DNA of 64,000 nucleotides, from NCBI GenBank assembly GCA_051252135.1, contig JBPOGH010000010.1, positions 64,001-128,000 of the forward strand, written 5' to 3'. Positions within the stretch are counted from its first letter, which is position 1. Each line of letters opens with the position of its first letter. Below the pieces are notes generated by a model. It ran no database searches and was not told the DNA's origin. It saw only the letters and a program-made list of their open reading frames with translations. The stretch is from Verrucomicrobiaceae bacterium (GTDB taxonomy: Bacteria; Verrucomicrobiota; Verrucomicrobiia; Verrucomicrobiales; Akkermansiaceae). Position numbers and translations under genes: made by a program. Positions 24,732 through 34,409 of this stretch are shown piece after piece.

Positions 24732-25733
24732 TTAGATGAGAGCGGCAACCTTTTGAGTGAGTTCGGCCATTCGAACGGAGTAACCCCATTCGTTGTCATA
24801 CCAGACGAGGAGTTTGAGTTGGGTGCCGTTGACGACCATGGTGGATTGGGCGTCGACGATGCCGGAGCGGGGGTCGTTGGTGTAGTCGGCGCTGACGAGG
24901 GGTTTTTCTTCGTAGCCGAGGATTCCTTTGAGTTCGCCTTCGGCGGCGGCTTTGAGGGCGGCGTTGATCTCGGTCTCGGTGACTTTTTTTTCCATCTCGA
25001 AGACGAGGTCGGTGAGGGAGGCGTTGAGGAGGGGGACGCGGACGGCGAGGCCATTGAGGCGACCTTTTAACTCCGGGAAGATCATGGTGACGGCGGTGGC
25101 CGATCCGGTGGAGGTAGGGATGAGGGAGTTGATGGCGGAGCGTGCGCGGCGGAGGTCCTTGTGGGGGGCGTCGACGATGGTCTGGGTGTTGGTGAGGTCA
25201 TGCAGGGTAGTGAGCATGCCGTGCTTGATGCCGAATGTTTCGTGGATGACCTTGATGACGGGGGCGATGCAGTTGGTGGTGCAGGAGGCGTTGGTGATGA
25301 TGTGGTTGACGGCGGGGTCGTAGTGGTGGTCGTTGCAGCCCATGACGATGTTGAGGACGTCGTCTTTGACGGGAGCGGCGACGATGACTTTTTTGACTCC
25401 GGCATCGAGGTAGGTTTGGAGGGATTCGGTGTCGCGGAATTTGCCGGAGCACTCGAGGACGATGTCGACGCCGGACCAGTCGGTCTTGGTGGGGTGGTCG
25501 TCGGCGGTGAAGGCGAGAGGCTTGCCATCGATGATGACGTTGTTTTCGTCGTGGGAGATGTTGTTTCCCCAGCGGCCGTGGACGGTGTCGAACTCGAGGA
25601 GGTGGGCGGCGCACTCGGCGGTGGCGTTGGCGTCGTTGATGCGGACGATGTCGAGGTCCGGGTTATCGAATCCGGCGCGGAGGACAAGGCGACCGATGCG
25701 GCCGAATCCATTGATGGCGACTTTGGTTTTCAT
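24732..25733 (-). CDS. ArsJ-associated glyceraldehyde-3-phosphate dehydrogenase
   Basis: [27 protein letters not shown]; lies between arsR and arsJ. Confidence 0.93.
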   Translation of the reverse strand: MKTKVAINGFGRIGRLVLRAGFDNPDLDIVRINDANATAECAAHLLEFDTVHGRWGNNISHDENNVIIDGKPLAFTADDHPTKTDWSGVDIVLECSGKFRDTESLQTYLDAGVKKVIVAAPVKDDVLNIVMGCNDHHYDPAVNHIITNASCTTNCIAPVIKVIHETFGIKHGMLTTLHDLTNTQTIVDAPHKDLRRARSAINSLIPTSTGSATAVTMIFPELKGRLNGLAVRVPLLNASLTDLVFEMEKKVTETEINAALKAAAEGELKGILGYEEKPLVSADYTNDPRSGIVDAQSTMVVNGTQLKLLVWYDNEWGYSVRMAELTQKVAALI

Positions 25734-25756
25734 GATGGTATTTGTGGTGATTGGGT

Positions 25757-26095
25757 TCAGCAGGCTGAGCAGGAGTCTTTTTCGTTGTCTTGATTGAGGC
25801 AGAGTTCGGGATGTCCCTGGCAGCAGTCTTCAGCGAGGAAGAGCATCAGTTTTTTCATCTGGTTGGTGCGCAGGCGGTATTTGATGGAGCGTCCGATGCG
25901 CTCGGACTCGATGAGGCGGGAGGCGCTCAGCTCTTTGAGGTGAAAGGAGAGGGTGGGCTTGGGGATTTTCAGGGCGAGGGAGAGGTCGCCGGCGCAGAGG
26001 CCTTCGGGTGCTTCTTTCACGAGAAGCCGAAACACTTGCAGTCGCGATTCGTGTGCGAGTGCGGCAAGAGCTTGAATGGCCTCTTTCGATTTCAT
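25757..26095 (-). CDS. arsR: ArsR/SmtB family metalloregulator
   Basis: [26 protein letters not shown]-terminal EDCCQG..C Cys cluster; heads the gapdh/arsJ operon. Confidence 0.88.
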   Translation of the reverse strand: MKSKEAIQALAALAHESRLQVFRLLVKEAPEGLCAGDLSLALKIPKPTLSFHLKELSASRLIESERIGRSIKYRLRTNQMKKLMLFLAEDCCQGHPELCLNQDNEKDSCSAC

Positions 26096-26104
26096 TGTTC
26101 CAGA

Positions 26105-26133
26105 ATAATGAAAATGAATTGCGAGAGTGTCAA
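26105..26133 (-). promoter_or_regulatory. Sigma-70-type promoter of the ars operon, overlapping a likely ArsR operator
   Basis: TTGACA-N17-CATTAT, 9 nt before the arsR ATG; imperfect palindrome TTTCATTATTCTGGAA over the -10. Confidence 0.6.
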
Positions 26134-26368
26134 TGGCAATTTTTTGGGGCCGGCTTTGCTGGGAGTCGGTCAGGTGGTTCCGAGAGGTCCGAGGGGATTT
26201 ACCGGTGGAGGCCGTGCAGCCTCTGGTTAATTAGTAATTCCGAGAGCTTGGTTCGAGATTTTTCCCGATGGATGGCGGATGTGAAGGAAGGAAATGTGTC
26301 AGTTTTGAATCACTGAATTTATCGTGATTTCAACTGGATGGCACAACCGGGGGAAGTAGAGTATTCGG

Positions 26369-27082
26369 ATGTTTCCATCCTTGTTTCATCGATTTCCCTG
26401 TGTCCTGTTGTTTGTGGTGTCTCTGTTTGTAGGCCGGTTGGAAGCGGTATCTACTATCACTGAGGAGGATTTTAAAGGTGACGACACGATAGTTTTGACT
26501 GAAACGATTGAGTTTAAGTCTCGTCTCTATGCCAGCGTGATCACAGAGGAAGAGTGGGCGTCTGAGATACCAAAAGGAAAGGTCGTTTTGGTGGATTATG
26601 CTCTCGCTGATAAAGCTTGGCGCTACAGTAGCCGACTTTCTGGTGATCACGTAGAAGAGCTCTTTAGGAGGGCGAAGAGGCCCTCGAAAAAGGAATTCGC
26701 TGAAGCTAAAAAGAAAGATCAGGAAGCCCTTCGAAAACTTGAGGAAGAGGTGAAGCTGATGGAGAAGAAGCTAGGTCTTATCCCTCAGTCAGATGATGAA
26801 GGGGTCGCGTATTTTTATGCTGGAGAAGCTAAGATGAAAGTGATCGAGACTTTCAAAGGTGATCTGCAAAAAGGCGACACCATCAAGGTCACCTGGAAAA
26901 ACGTTCTCCGAAAACGATCTTGCCCCCATATGACTCCTTACAAAGGAAAAGCGGTCTGGTTACTGAAAGGTGCGGTGAAAGCTGGAGGTGAAGCCGAGCT
27001 GTTGCGGGGAGATCCGCGAGGCCTCGAAGAAATTCGTAAGGCCGCTGAGAAGGCCAAAGAAGAAGCAGCGCGTCCCGAGTGA
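26369..27082 (+). CDS. Hypothetical exported protein, lower GC
   Basis: 237-aa ORF with a signal-peptide-like start, a coiled-coil and KVIETFKGDLQKGDTIKVTW; atypical codon use. Confidence 0.7.
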   Translation: MFPSLFHRFPCVLLFVVSLFVGRLEAVSTITEEDFKGDDTIVLTETIEFKSRLYASVITEEEWASEIPKGKVVLVDYALADKAWRYSSRLSGDHVEELFRRAKRPSKKEFAEAKKKDQEALRKLEEEVKLMEKKLGLIPQSDDEGVAYFYAGEAKMKVIETFKGDLQKGDTIKVTWKNVLRKRSCPHMTPYKGKAVWLLKGAVKAGGEAELLRGDPRGLEEIRKAAEKAKEEAARPE

Positions 27083-27113
27083 CCAAAGTCAGCTGTTGAG
27101 CGAATTTCGGTGA

Positions 27114-28043
27114 CTAGCCTTTTCCGCGGGTGCGGGTTTTGCCGGGTTTGGCGTGGCCTTCGATGAACTCGATGATGGAGCTGGCGACGTCTTTTCCGGT
27201 GGCTTTTTCGATGCCTTCGAGTCCGGGGGAGGAATTGACTTCCATGACGACGGGGCCGTGGTTGGCGCGGAGGAGGTCGACTCCGGCGACGTTGAGGCCC
27301 ATGATCTTGGCGGCGCGGACGGCGGTGGCGCGCTCGGCGGGGGTGATTTTGACGACCTTGGCGGAGCCGCCGCGGTGGAGGTTGGAACGGAATTCGCCTT
27401 CGCCGCCCTGACGTTTCATGGCGGCGACGACTTTTCCGCCGACGACGAGGCAGCGGATGTCAGCTCCGCCGGCTTCCTTGATGAACTCCTGGGCAAGGAT
27501 GTTGGCATTGAGGCCGCGGAAGGCTTCGATGACGGACTCGGCGGCTTTGGTGGTCTCGGCGAGGACGACGCCGACGCCCTGGGTGCCTTCGAGGAGTTTG
27601 ATGACGAGGGGAGCTCCGCCGCAGGACTTGATGAGGTGTCCGGTGGCTTTGGTGTCGTGCGCGAAGGCGGTGACAGGAAGGCCGACGCCGCGGCGGGCGA
27701 GGAGCTGGAGGGAGCGCAGTTTATCGCGGGAGCGCGAGATGGCGACGGACTCGTTGAGGGGGAAGGTGTCCATCATTTCGAACTGACGGACGACGGCGGT
27801 GCCGAAGAAGGTGTTGGAGGCGCCGATGCGGGGGATGACGGCATCGAACTGAAGGGGTTCGTCGCCGAGGAAGATTTTTGGTCCGGTGGACTTGATGCTC
27901 ATGTGGCACCGGAGGTAGTCGATGACGCGGACGTCATGGCCCCTTTTTTGAGCGGCCGCTACCAGGCTGCTGGTGGAGTAGAGGTTCTTGTTCCGTGAGA
28001 GAACGGCGATGCGGAGGGGTTTGGGAGTTGGGGTGTCGCTCAT
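27114..28043 (-). CDS. rimK: Ribosomal protein S6--L-glutamate ligase (ATP-grasp)
   Basis: [42 protein letters not shown]. Confidence 0.95.
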   Translation of the reverse strand: MSDTPTPKPLRIAVLSRNKNLYSTSSLVAAAQKRGHDVRVIDYLRCHMSIKSTGPKIFLGDEPLQFDAVIPRIGASNTFFGTAVVRQFEMMDTFPLNESVAISRSRDKLRSLQLLARRGVGLPVTAFAHDTKATGHLIKSCGGAPLVIKLLEGTQGVGVVLAETTKAAESVIEAFRGLNANILAQEFIKEAGGADIRCLVVGGKVVAAMKRQGGEGEFRSNLHRGGSAKVVKITPAERATAVRAAKIMGLNVAGVDLLRANHGPVVMEVNSSPGLEGIEKATGKDVASSIIEFIEGHAKPGKTRTRGKG

Positions 28044-28112
28044 ATGGGGCGCACCCTGACAGGAATGGGATTCTTCTCAAGGCAAGCGACGAAATTTTTG
28101 GGGGGCAGATTC

Positions 28113-28967
28113 CTATGTTTGGATTTCCAGATGGTCGATGAGACGGACGGGGCCGTAGAAGCAGGCGGTGGCGAGGGTGACGGGGGAGGTCACCTTTGCG
28201 ACGGGCTGGAGGGTGGTGGAATCGACGAGTTGGAGGTAGTCGATGCGGAAGTCCGAGGGGGCTTCTTTTAAGAGGTGGGTGCGGGCGGCGTCGAGGTAGA
28301 CCGAGGGGGATTGTTCGCCGGTTTCGGCAAGGGAGCGGGCGGCGAGGAGGGCGCGGCGGATGCGGGGGGCATCGGCGCGATGGGCGGGAGTGAGCTTGCG
28401 GTTGCGGGAGGAGAGGGCGAGGCCGTCGGCTTCCCGGATGGTGGGGTGGCCGATGATTTCGACAGGGAGATTGAGGTCCCGGACCATGCGGCGGATGAGA
28501 GCGAGTTGCTGGAAGTCCTTGTTTCCGAAGACGGCGGCGTGCGGGCGGATGATGTTGAAGAGCTTGAGGACGATGGTGAGGACGCCATCGAAGTGGCCGG
28601 GTCGGGTGGCTCCGCAGAGGTGGGTGGTGAGGAGGGACTCGGTAACGAGGGTGGAGTGGTCCTTTTCGTAGAGAGAGGGGGTTTCGGGGACGAAGGCGAT
28701 ATCGGCTCCTTCGGCAGAGGCGAGGGCGAGATCGTCTTCGAGCGGGCGGGGGTAGGAGCTGAGGTCCTCGGCGCGGTCGAACTGGATGGGGTTGACGAAG
28801 ATGGAAATGACGACGGTGCCTTCCGGCCCCACCTTTTGCCGGGCGGCGCGGAGAAGAGCGAGGTGACCTTCGTGGAGGGCGCCCATGGTGGGGACGAGGG
28901 CGATTTGTCCGGACCTATTTTGGAGGTCTTTTTGAACAGAGTTGACGTCAGAGTATCTAAGGATCAT
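28113..28967 (-). CDS. panC: Pantoate--beta-alanine ligase
   Basis: VPTMGALHEGH, SIFVNPIQF, RPGHFDGV, DGLALSSRN, VRLIDH. Start trimmed to ATG 28967. Confidence 0.96.
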   Translation of the reverse strand: MILRYSDVNSVQKDLQNRSGQIALVPTMGALHEGHLALLRAARQKVGPEGTVVISIFVNPIQFDRAEDLSSYPRPLEDDLALASAEGADIAFVPETPSLYEKDHSTLVTESLLTTHLCGATRPGHFDGVLTIVLKLFNIIRPHAAVFGNKDFQQLALIRRMVRDLNLPVEIIGHPTIREADGLALSSRNRKLTPAHRADAPRIRRALLAARSLAETGEQSPSVYLDAARTHLLKEAPSDFRIDYLQLVDSTTLQPVAKVTSPVTLATACFYGPVRLIDHLEIQT

Positions 28968-29003
28968 TAATAAAGCGTGCTTCAACCAGCACCGTGTTGC
29001 GAT

Positions 29004-29597
29004 ATGACCTTCCGTTTGGCCAATCAGATTTTTGCGTTCTTCTTTCTCGTGGGTTCCTCTCTTTCCGCGCAGGAGGCGGGGGATGATTTTAAGGCGGCGG
29101 GGGTGGATGTGCAGAAGGTCTTCCGGTCGTATTACAAGACCGGGTTCACTCAAAGGAAGATTGATCAGGAGCGGGCGCGGATTCAGAAGGAGGATAATCA
29201 GGCACGGGCGCAAATCGCCGAGGTGGAGAAAAGGTTGCAGGCGATTTTGGTTCAGCTACGGGAGGAGACACTTTCCGACGATGAGCGGGTGAAATTGGGG
29301 AAAGAGCGTGAAATTCTGACCCAGCAGGTTCAGAAATTCGATGAGGCGAGAGGTCAGCGGTATCAGCGGGCCAATGATAATCTTGATAATGAGATGCAGG
29401 GGAAAATGCGGGCGCTTCTTGAGGAAATCCGGTCCTTGGTCAACGAGCACGCCAAGACGGAGGGATTTGCCATTGTTTTTGATCGGTCCGGAACGAATAC
29501 GAACCAAGTGAGCCCGATTATTTACGGGAGTGAGTTGGTGGATATTACCGCTGTCCTGATGAAAGAGCTCAACAAGGACGCTCCGGAAGGCAAATAG
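29004..29597 (+). CDS. OmpH/Skp family periplasmic chaperone (1 of 4)
   Basis: Signal peptide, KAAGVDVQKVFRSY, long coiled-coil, IVFDRSG...DITAVLMKELN. Confidence 0.9.
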   Translation: MTFRLANQIFAFFFLVGSSLSAQEAGDDFKAAGVDVQKVFRSYYKTGFTQRKIDQERARIQKEDNQARAQIAEVEKRLQAILVQLREETLSDDERVKLGKEREILTQQVQKFDEARGQRYQRANDNLDNEMQGKMRALLEEIRSLVNEHAKTEGFAIVFDRSGTNTNQVSPIIYGSELVDITAVLMKELNKDAPEGK

Positions 29598-29676
29598 GAC
29601 GCAATTTTGCTCACGCGAGGTTGACGCCTCGCGCTGACGACGACACACTTCTTCGCACACTCAGTTTAATCTCTTC

Positions 29677-30249
29677 ATGAAAAATTTTCTTCTTACGATC
29701 TTCGGACTCGTCGTTCTCACATCTGTAGCGACTGCCCAGCGCCTCAAAATTGCCACGGTGGATATGGAGCGGTTGTTTAACGATTACTATCGGACCACCG
29801 AGATTCAGAAAGAGATCAACATCGAACGGGCCCGCATTCAAAAGGACAATAACATCCGTTTGGCTGACATTCGTGAGATTGAGGACAACATTCAAGGGCT
29901 CCGCAAGCAGCTGGAGGATGACAGCCTCGGGGACAAGGAACGGCAGGATATCGGTCAGCAGATTGTCGATCTTCGTCAGGATGGCATTCACAAGGAGCGC
30001 GAGCGTTCCGAATTCCTTGATCGCCGTAACCGCTCGATCAACGACCGGATGCGCAAGCAGATGCGCGCGATTCTCAATGACATTCAGCGTGAGGTGAGCG
30101 AGCGGGCGAAGGCGGGGAATTACGATTACATTTTTGATAAGTCGGGCAACAGCAGCCAGGGGATTCCCTTTGTATTGCATGCCCGTGAAATGACTGATCT
30201 GACTGATTCCCTCCTCACGGAAATCAACGAGGGTCAGGAGGAACAGTAA
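29677..30249 (+). CDS. OmpH/Skp family periplasmic chaperone (2 of 4)
   Basis: KIATVDMERLFNDY...YDYIFDKSG...DLTDSLLTEIN. Confidence 0.92.
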   Translation: MKNFLLTIFGLVVLTSVATAQRLKIATVDMERLFNDYYRTTEIQKEINIERARIQKDNNIRLADIREIEDNIQGLRKQLEDDSLGDKERQDIGQQIVDLRQDGIHKERERSEFLDRRNRSINDRMRKQMRAILNDIQREVSERAKAGNYDYIFDKSGNSSQGIPFVLHAREMTDLTDSLLTEINEGQEEQ

Positions 30250-30258
30250 TTTGCAGCT

Positions 30259-31302
30259 GTGTCCCTGACCACTTCCGAGCTTGCCGAAATTCTTGGCATT
30301 GACCTTCCAGAAGGGGAGGAGCGTTCCTATTCGGGGATCAACTCGCTGGACGAGGCGCAGGCCGGGGATGTCAGTTTTCTGGGGAACTTGAAGTATGCCG
30401 CCCAGTTGGATTCGACGGGTGCGGGAGCGGTTCTGGTGCCTCCGGGAGAGTGGAAGGCACCCGAAGGTTGCGTGTTGATCGAAGTCGAGAATCCATCGGC
30501 TTCCTTTTCAAAGGTCATCGAGCGTTTTCAGGAGGAAGCAAATCAAGGGGTGGCAGGTGTTTCGGCACAGGCGATGGTGGCTGAGAGCGCGATTTTCGAT
30601 CGTGAGAAAGTGACCATATCGGCCGGTGCGGTGATTGAAGAGGGAGTGAAAATCGGCGATGGGACGAGGATTGGGGCCGGAGTGGTGGTGGGACGGGATG
30701 CGACGATTGGTGCGGATTGCCTGCTTCATATGAATTCCACGGTGCGCGAGCGTTGTGTGTTGGGTGACCGGGTATCCTTGCAGCCGGGAGCGGTGGTGGG
30801 ATCGGACGGATACGGATACGAGCTTGTCGACGGACGTCACCAGAAGGTGCCCCAGGTGGGCATTGTGGTTCTTGAGGACGATGTGGAAATTGGTTCCAAT
30901 TCGACGATTGATCGTGCGCGTTTTGGCCGGACGGTGATCGGGGAAGGGACGAAGGTGGATAATCTTGTGCAGGTTGCCCACAACGTGCAGACAGGAAAAC
31001 ATTGTCTTTTGGTGGCTCAAAGCGGGGTGGCGGGAAGTTCCAGGCTGGGAAATTACGTGACAGTGGCGGCGCAAGCCGGGGTGGCGGGCCATATCGAGAT
31101 CGGGGATCGGGTTTTGTTGGCGGCCCGGGCGGGAGTGGTCAAGGATTTGCCGCAAGCGGGGGCCTACATGGGTATGCCGGCGCGGCCGATGGCGAAAGAG
31201 CAACGAAAGATGGCTGCATTGGCCCGCGTTCCGAAAATGTTGGAAGAATTGCGTTCTCTCAAAAAGAAGCTGGAGCAAATCGACTCCGACTGTGACAATT
31301 AA
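30259..31302 (+). CDS. lpxD: UDP-3-O-acyl-glucosamine N-acyltransferase
   Basis: Hexapeptide repeats, [24 protein letters not shown]. Confidence 0.97.
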   Translation: MSLTTSELAEILGIDLPEGEERSYSGINSLDEAQAGDVSFLGNLKYAAQLDSTGAGAVLVPPGEWKAPEGCVLIEVENPSASFSKVIERFQEEANQGVAGVSAQAMVAESAIFDREKVTISAGAVIEEGVKIGDGTRIGAGVVVGRDATIGADCLLHMNSTVRERCVLGDRVSLQPGAVVGSDGYGYELVDGRHQKVPQVGIVVLEDDVEIGSNSTIDRARFGRTVIGEGTKVDNLVQVAHNVQTGKHCLLVAQSGVAGSSRLGNYVTVAAQAGVAGHIEIGDRVLLAARAGVVKDLPQAGAYMGMPARPMAKEQRKMAALARVPKMLEELRSLKKKLEQIDSDCDN

Positions 31303-31337
31303 CCCCAGTTAACAAACCTTCCCCAAACTTACCTGCC

Positions 31338-31922
31338 ATGAACAAGCATTTTGCAACCAGGCTTCTCAGCCTCATTCTCCTTTTCGGAATCAGTCTTCCC
31401 GCAGCAGCGGCTCCATTGAAAGTAGCCACTGTCGATATGAGGAAGCTGCTCACCGAGTATCACGTGACCAAAGCAGCCGAAGCCGAGGATCAGGTGGAGC
31501 GGGAGGATATCAAGAAGGACGATATGGAGCGGATTGCGGCCATCAAGGCCATGGAGGAGGAAATGCGCAAGCTGCGCGTCCAGTTCCAAGAGGAAGGACT
31601 TGCCGAGGAGAAGAAGAAGGAAATTGCCCGTCAATTTGGCGAGCGCGAGCAAACTTTGGTCGCGCTGCGTCGTGAGCGTCAGGAATTCATTCAGCGCCGC
31701 ACCGGTGCCCTCAACGCCAAGATGGTGGCCAAGATGAAGGAGATTCGGGAAGCGGTGGGCAAAAAAGTTGAGGAGCAGGCTGCAGCGTCGGGAGTGGACT
31801 ATGCTTTTGACAGCACCGGATTGACCACTTCACAGGTTCCTTTCGTGCTCTATGTGCGCAACCGGGTTGACATCACCGACGATGTTCTCAAACTGCTGAA
31901 TGCCGACGCTCCTGCCGAGTAG
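31338..31922 (+). CDS. OmpH/Skp family periplasmic chaperone (3 of 4)
   Basis: KVATVDMRKLLTEY...DYAFDSTG...DITDDVLKLLN. Confidence 0.9.
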   Translation: MNKHFATRLLSLILLFGISLPAAAAPLKVATVDMRKLLTEYHVTKAAEAEDQVEREDIKKDDMERIAAIKAMEEEMRKLRVQFQEEGLAEEKKKEIARQFGEREQTLVALRRERQEFIQRRTGALNAKMVAKMKEIREAVGKKVEEQAAASGVDYAFDSTGLTTSQVPFVLYVRNRVDITDDVLKLLNADAPAE

Positions 31923-31966
31923 GCGTCCTTTTACCCCTTGTCCCATCCCAACCATTGATCAACGAC

Positions 31967-32563
31967 ATGAAATTTTCACGTTTTCTCCTGACTCTTATCG
32001 CACCGGTCCTGCTTGCCATCCCAGCTGTGGCGCAGGATGACGAGGACAAGATTGCCACCGTCGACATGAGTCGACTGGTGAACGACTATTACAAGAGCGC
32101 CGAAGCACGCGACACCTTCAAGGAATATCAGACAGATATTCAGAAGCAGGACGGGGAGCGTCTTGAAACCATCAAGGAGCTGGCCCAAGCGGCGCAGAAA
32201 CTGCAGCAGGATGCCGAGGACCCGTCGTTGAGTGCGGAGAAGCGGGGCGAGCTTTTTAAGCAGTCGACGTCCAAGCAGCGGGAAGCGCAAGGTTTGCAAG
32301 AAGAGCGGATCTCCTGGCTGAAGCGGAAGCAAGCAGCACTGAATGAGAAAGCGGCCATGGAGTTTGGCGATATCCGCAAGGAGCTCATGGAGATTGTCCA
32401 GAAGGTGGGTGATGAAGAGGGCTATGATTTCATTTTTGACCGTTCCGGTGCATCCGGTGCGGGGGTAGCGGTCCTAGTTTATACCAAGGATGCGACCGAC
32501 CTCACGGGCCTTCTTCTTGAGCGTATCAACAAGGATGCTCCCGAGAAGACGGACGGAGAATAG
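31967..32563 (+). CDS. OmpH/Skp family periplasmic chaperone (4 of 4)
   Basis: KIATVDMSRLVNDY...YDFIFDRSG...DLTGLLLERIN. Confidence 0.92.
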   Translation: MKFSRFLLTLIAPVLLAIPAVAQDDEDKIATVDMSRLVNDYYKSAEARDTFKEYQTDIQKQDGERLETIKELAQAAQKLQQDAEDPSLSAEKRGELFKQSTSKQREAQGLQEERISWLKRKQAALNEKAAMEFGDIRKELMEIVQKVGDEEGYDFIFDRSGASGAGVAVLVYTKDATDLTGLLLERINKDAPEKTDGE

Positions 32564-32658
32564 AATTTTTCTCCCTTTCAATCCGTGCGCCATTCCCAAT
32601 TGAAGCGAGGGAAGTCAGCGCACGGTTTTTTTGTGCCCGGGTGGAAGGGGTGGCGGGC

Positions 32659-33222
32659 ATGAAGAGAGCGACCCATTTGGCTCACGACCTTTTGAAAGAG
32701 GTGGTTGGACGAGGGGACGCCGTGATCGATGCGACCGCCGGCAACGGGCACGACTCTCTTTTTCTGGCGGAATTGGTGGGGGAGGAGGGAGAGGTGCACG
32801 CGTTTGATATTCAGGAAGCGGCTCTGGACGCGACCCGATCCCGGCTTGAGGAGGCCCGGCGGGGTGACTGCCTGAAGACCTACCTGGAGAGTCACGCAAA
32901 GTTGGCGGGGATGGTTCCGTCCGCGAAGGCGGTGATGTTCAATCTCGGGTATCTTCCGGGTGCGGATCAGGGGGTGATCACCCGGAGTGATTCCACGCTG
33001 GAGGCGCTTGAGGGGGCAGTGGAGATTCTTGAGCCCGGAGGGGTGATCACGTGTGTCTGTTATCCCGGGCACCCGGGAGGCCTGGACGAGGCGGAAGCGG
33101 TTCTCGGTTGGGCGGAGAGTTGTGGTGAGCGGGGAGAGGTCATCCTGGCCAACGAAAAAGACCGTCACGAAGGACGGCCTTTTTTGGTTGGATTTCGGAA
33201 CGTCCGAGAAATTAGAGGCTGA
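32659..33222 (+). CDS. Class I SAM methyltransferase, YtqB/MnmM-like
   Basis: IDATAGNGHD, AFDIQ, MFNLGYLPG, YPGHPGG motifs typical of the YtqB family. Confidence 0.85.
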   Translation: MKRATHLAHDLLKEVVGRGDAVIDATAGNGHDSLFLAELVGEEGEVHAFDIQEAALDATRSRLEEARRGDCLKTYLESHAKLAGMVPSAKAVMFNLGYLPGADQGVITRSDSTLEALEGAVEILEPGGVITCVCYPGHPGGLDEAEAVLGWAESCGERGEVILANEKDRHEGRPFLVGFRNVREIRG

Positions 33223-33649
33223 AGAGCTCGCCTTCGTTGAAGAAGCGCTTGAGTTCGGCCACGGCAGTCTCGGGACCATCGGAGGCGTGACAGACGTTGC
33301 GCATTTTGGAGTCACCGGACTTGTCGCCAAAGTCACCGCGGATGGTTCCGGCAGCAGCAGTGGTGGAGTCGGTGGGTCCGAGGAGGTCGCGGACGCGGGC
33401 GATGACATTGTCACCGGCGAGAGCCAAGGCAACGACGGGGGTCTCCTGCATGAATCCGCGGACGGAGGGGAAGAAGGGCATGTCGGCGATGTGTGCGTAG
33501 TGCTCGGCGAGGATTTCGTCCGAGAGCGCCATCATTTTGATGCCACGGATGGTGAATCCCTCGTCCTGGAATCGGGTGAGGACCTTACCGACGAGATTTT
33601 TTGCAACCGCGTCGGGTTTGAAGAGAATGAGAGAGGTTTCTTGAGCCAT
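33212..33649 (-). CDS. ndk: Nucleoside diphosphate kinase
   Basis: LILFKPDAV, GTIRGDFG, NVCHASD. Confidence 0.96.
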   Translation of the reverse strand: MAQETSLILFKPDAVAKNLVGKVLTRFQDEGFTIRGIKMMALSDEILAEHYAHIADMPFFPSVRGFMQETPVVALALAGDNVIARVRDLLGPTDSTTAAAGTIRGDFGDKSGDSKMRNVCHASDGPETAVAELKRFFNEGELFSL

Positions 33650-33693
33650 ATGAAGGCGTAGATAAGCGGAGCCTTTCCCCAGTGTCAATACTG

Positions 33694-34248
33694 TCAAAGG
33701 CCAAGTCTGATCTGAAGAAGGCCGTCTTTTACGCCGATCTCCTGAACGAGGAGCCTGGCGGTCTGGCCCTTGAGATCCTCATCCTTAAGGTGGTAGACCG
33801 GTTGATCGTTGAGGTATTTTTGGATCAGGAGGGTTGCGGCGAGAGAGACTTCCTCACGATATTTTTCGGGAAGTTTTTCGGTGTCGAATTTTTCGATGAT
33901 GGCCTTGTTGAAGCGGAGGGATTGGTCAGAGGGCTCGTAGCGGATGGCGCAACTGATGGTGGCGGTGGCATCGTATTGCGCGATGAAGGCGTTGACGTTG
34001 GCCCCGAGTGAGACGCGGACGCGGTCGGAGTTGGGAACGAGTTCGACATCGGGGGTGTCGATTGTGAGAGGAAGAATCCCTTGGATCAGTTCGGTGCGCG
34101 GGAACTCCTCCCCGAGTTTGGCTTCGAGTTCGGCTTCGGTGAAGGTGAGGAGAATTCCGTCTTTGCTTTGAAGTTTTTGCCAGATGGTCCACCCGCCGAG
34201 GAGGAGTCCGATCGCGGCAATGGCCAAAATGATTCTAAAAAGCTTCAT
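33694..34248 (-). CDS. Membrane-anchored protein, DUF1439 (YceB)-like
   Basis: N-terminal TM; TEAELEAKLGEEFP and YLNDQPVYHL resemble DUF1439. Confidence 0.6.
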   Translation of the reverse strand: MKLFRIILAIAAIGLLLGGWTIWQKLQSKDGILLTFTEAELEAKLGEEFPRTELIQGILPLTIDTPDVELVPNSDRVRVSLGANVNAFIAQYDATATISCAIRYEPSDQSLRFNKAIIEKFDTEKLPEKYREEVSLAATLLIQKYLNDQPVYHLKDEDLKGQTARLLVQEIGVKDGLLQIRLGL

Positions 34249-34329
34249 GCATCAGTATTCGGGAAAAGGAGGTCTGCGGCAATCATGCTATCTGCGGAGA
34301 GGGTGTTTTGAGGGTAATCCTAAGAACAT

Positions 34330-34381
34330 TGGTATTATGAACAGTTTTTAGTTGACGGAATGGTGTTCACTTGTCCATTCT
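34330..34381 (+). promoter_or_regulatory. recA promoter with degenerate LexA (SOS)-box candidates
   Basis: TTGACG (34352-57) N18 CATTCT; TGGTA-TTAT-GAACA (34330-43) and TGTTC-ACTT-GTCCA (34364-77) each match TGTTC-N4-GAACA at 8/10. Confidence 0.6.
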
Positions 34382-34409
34382 CTGTTCAGAAACAAAAGAG
34401 AATATTGTC

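Noticed and set aside
28968..29213. N-terminal extensions in the ORF track for panC (also cobB, YdjM-like, CAP, FAH and ndk)
   Set aside because: The extensions overlap neighbouring genes or promoters; family homology begins at the downstream starts used here.
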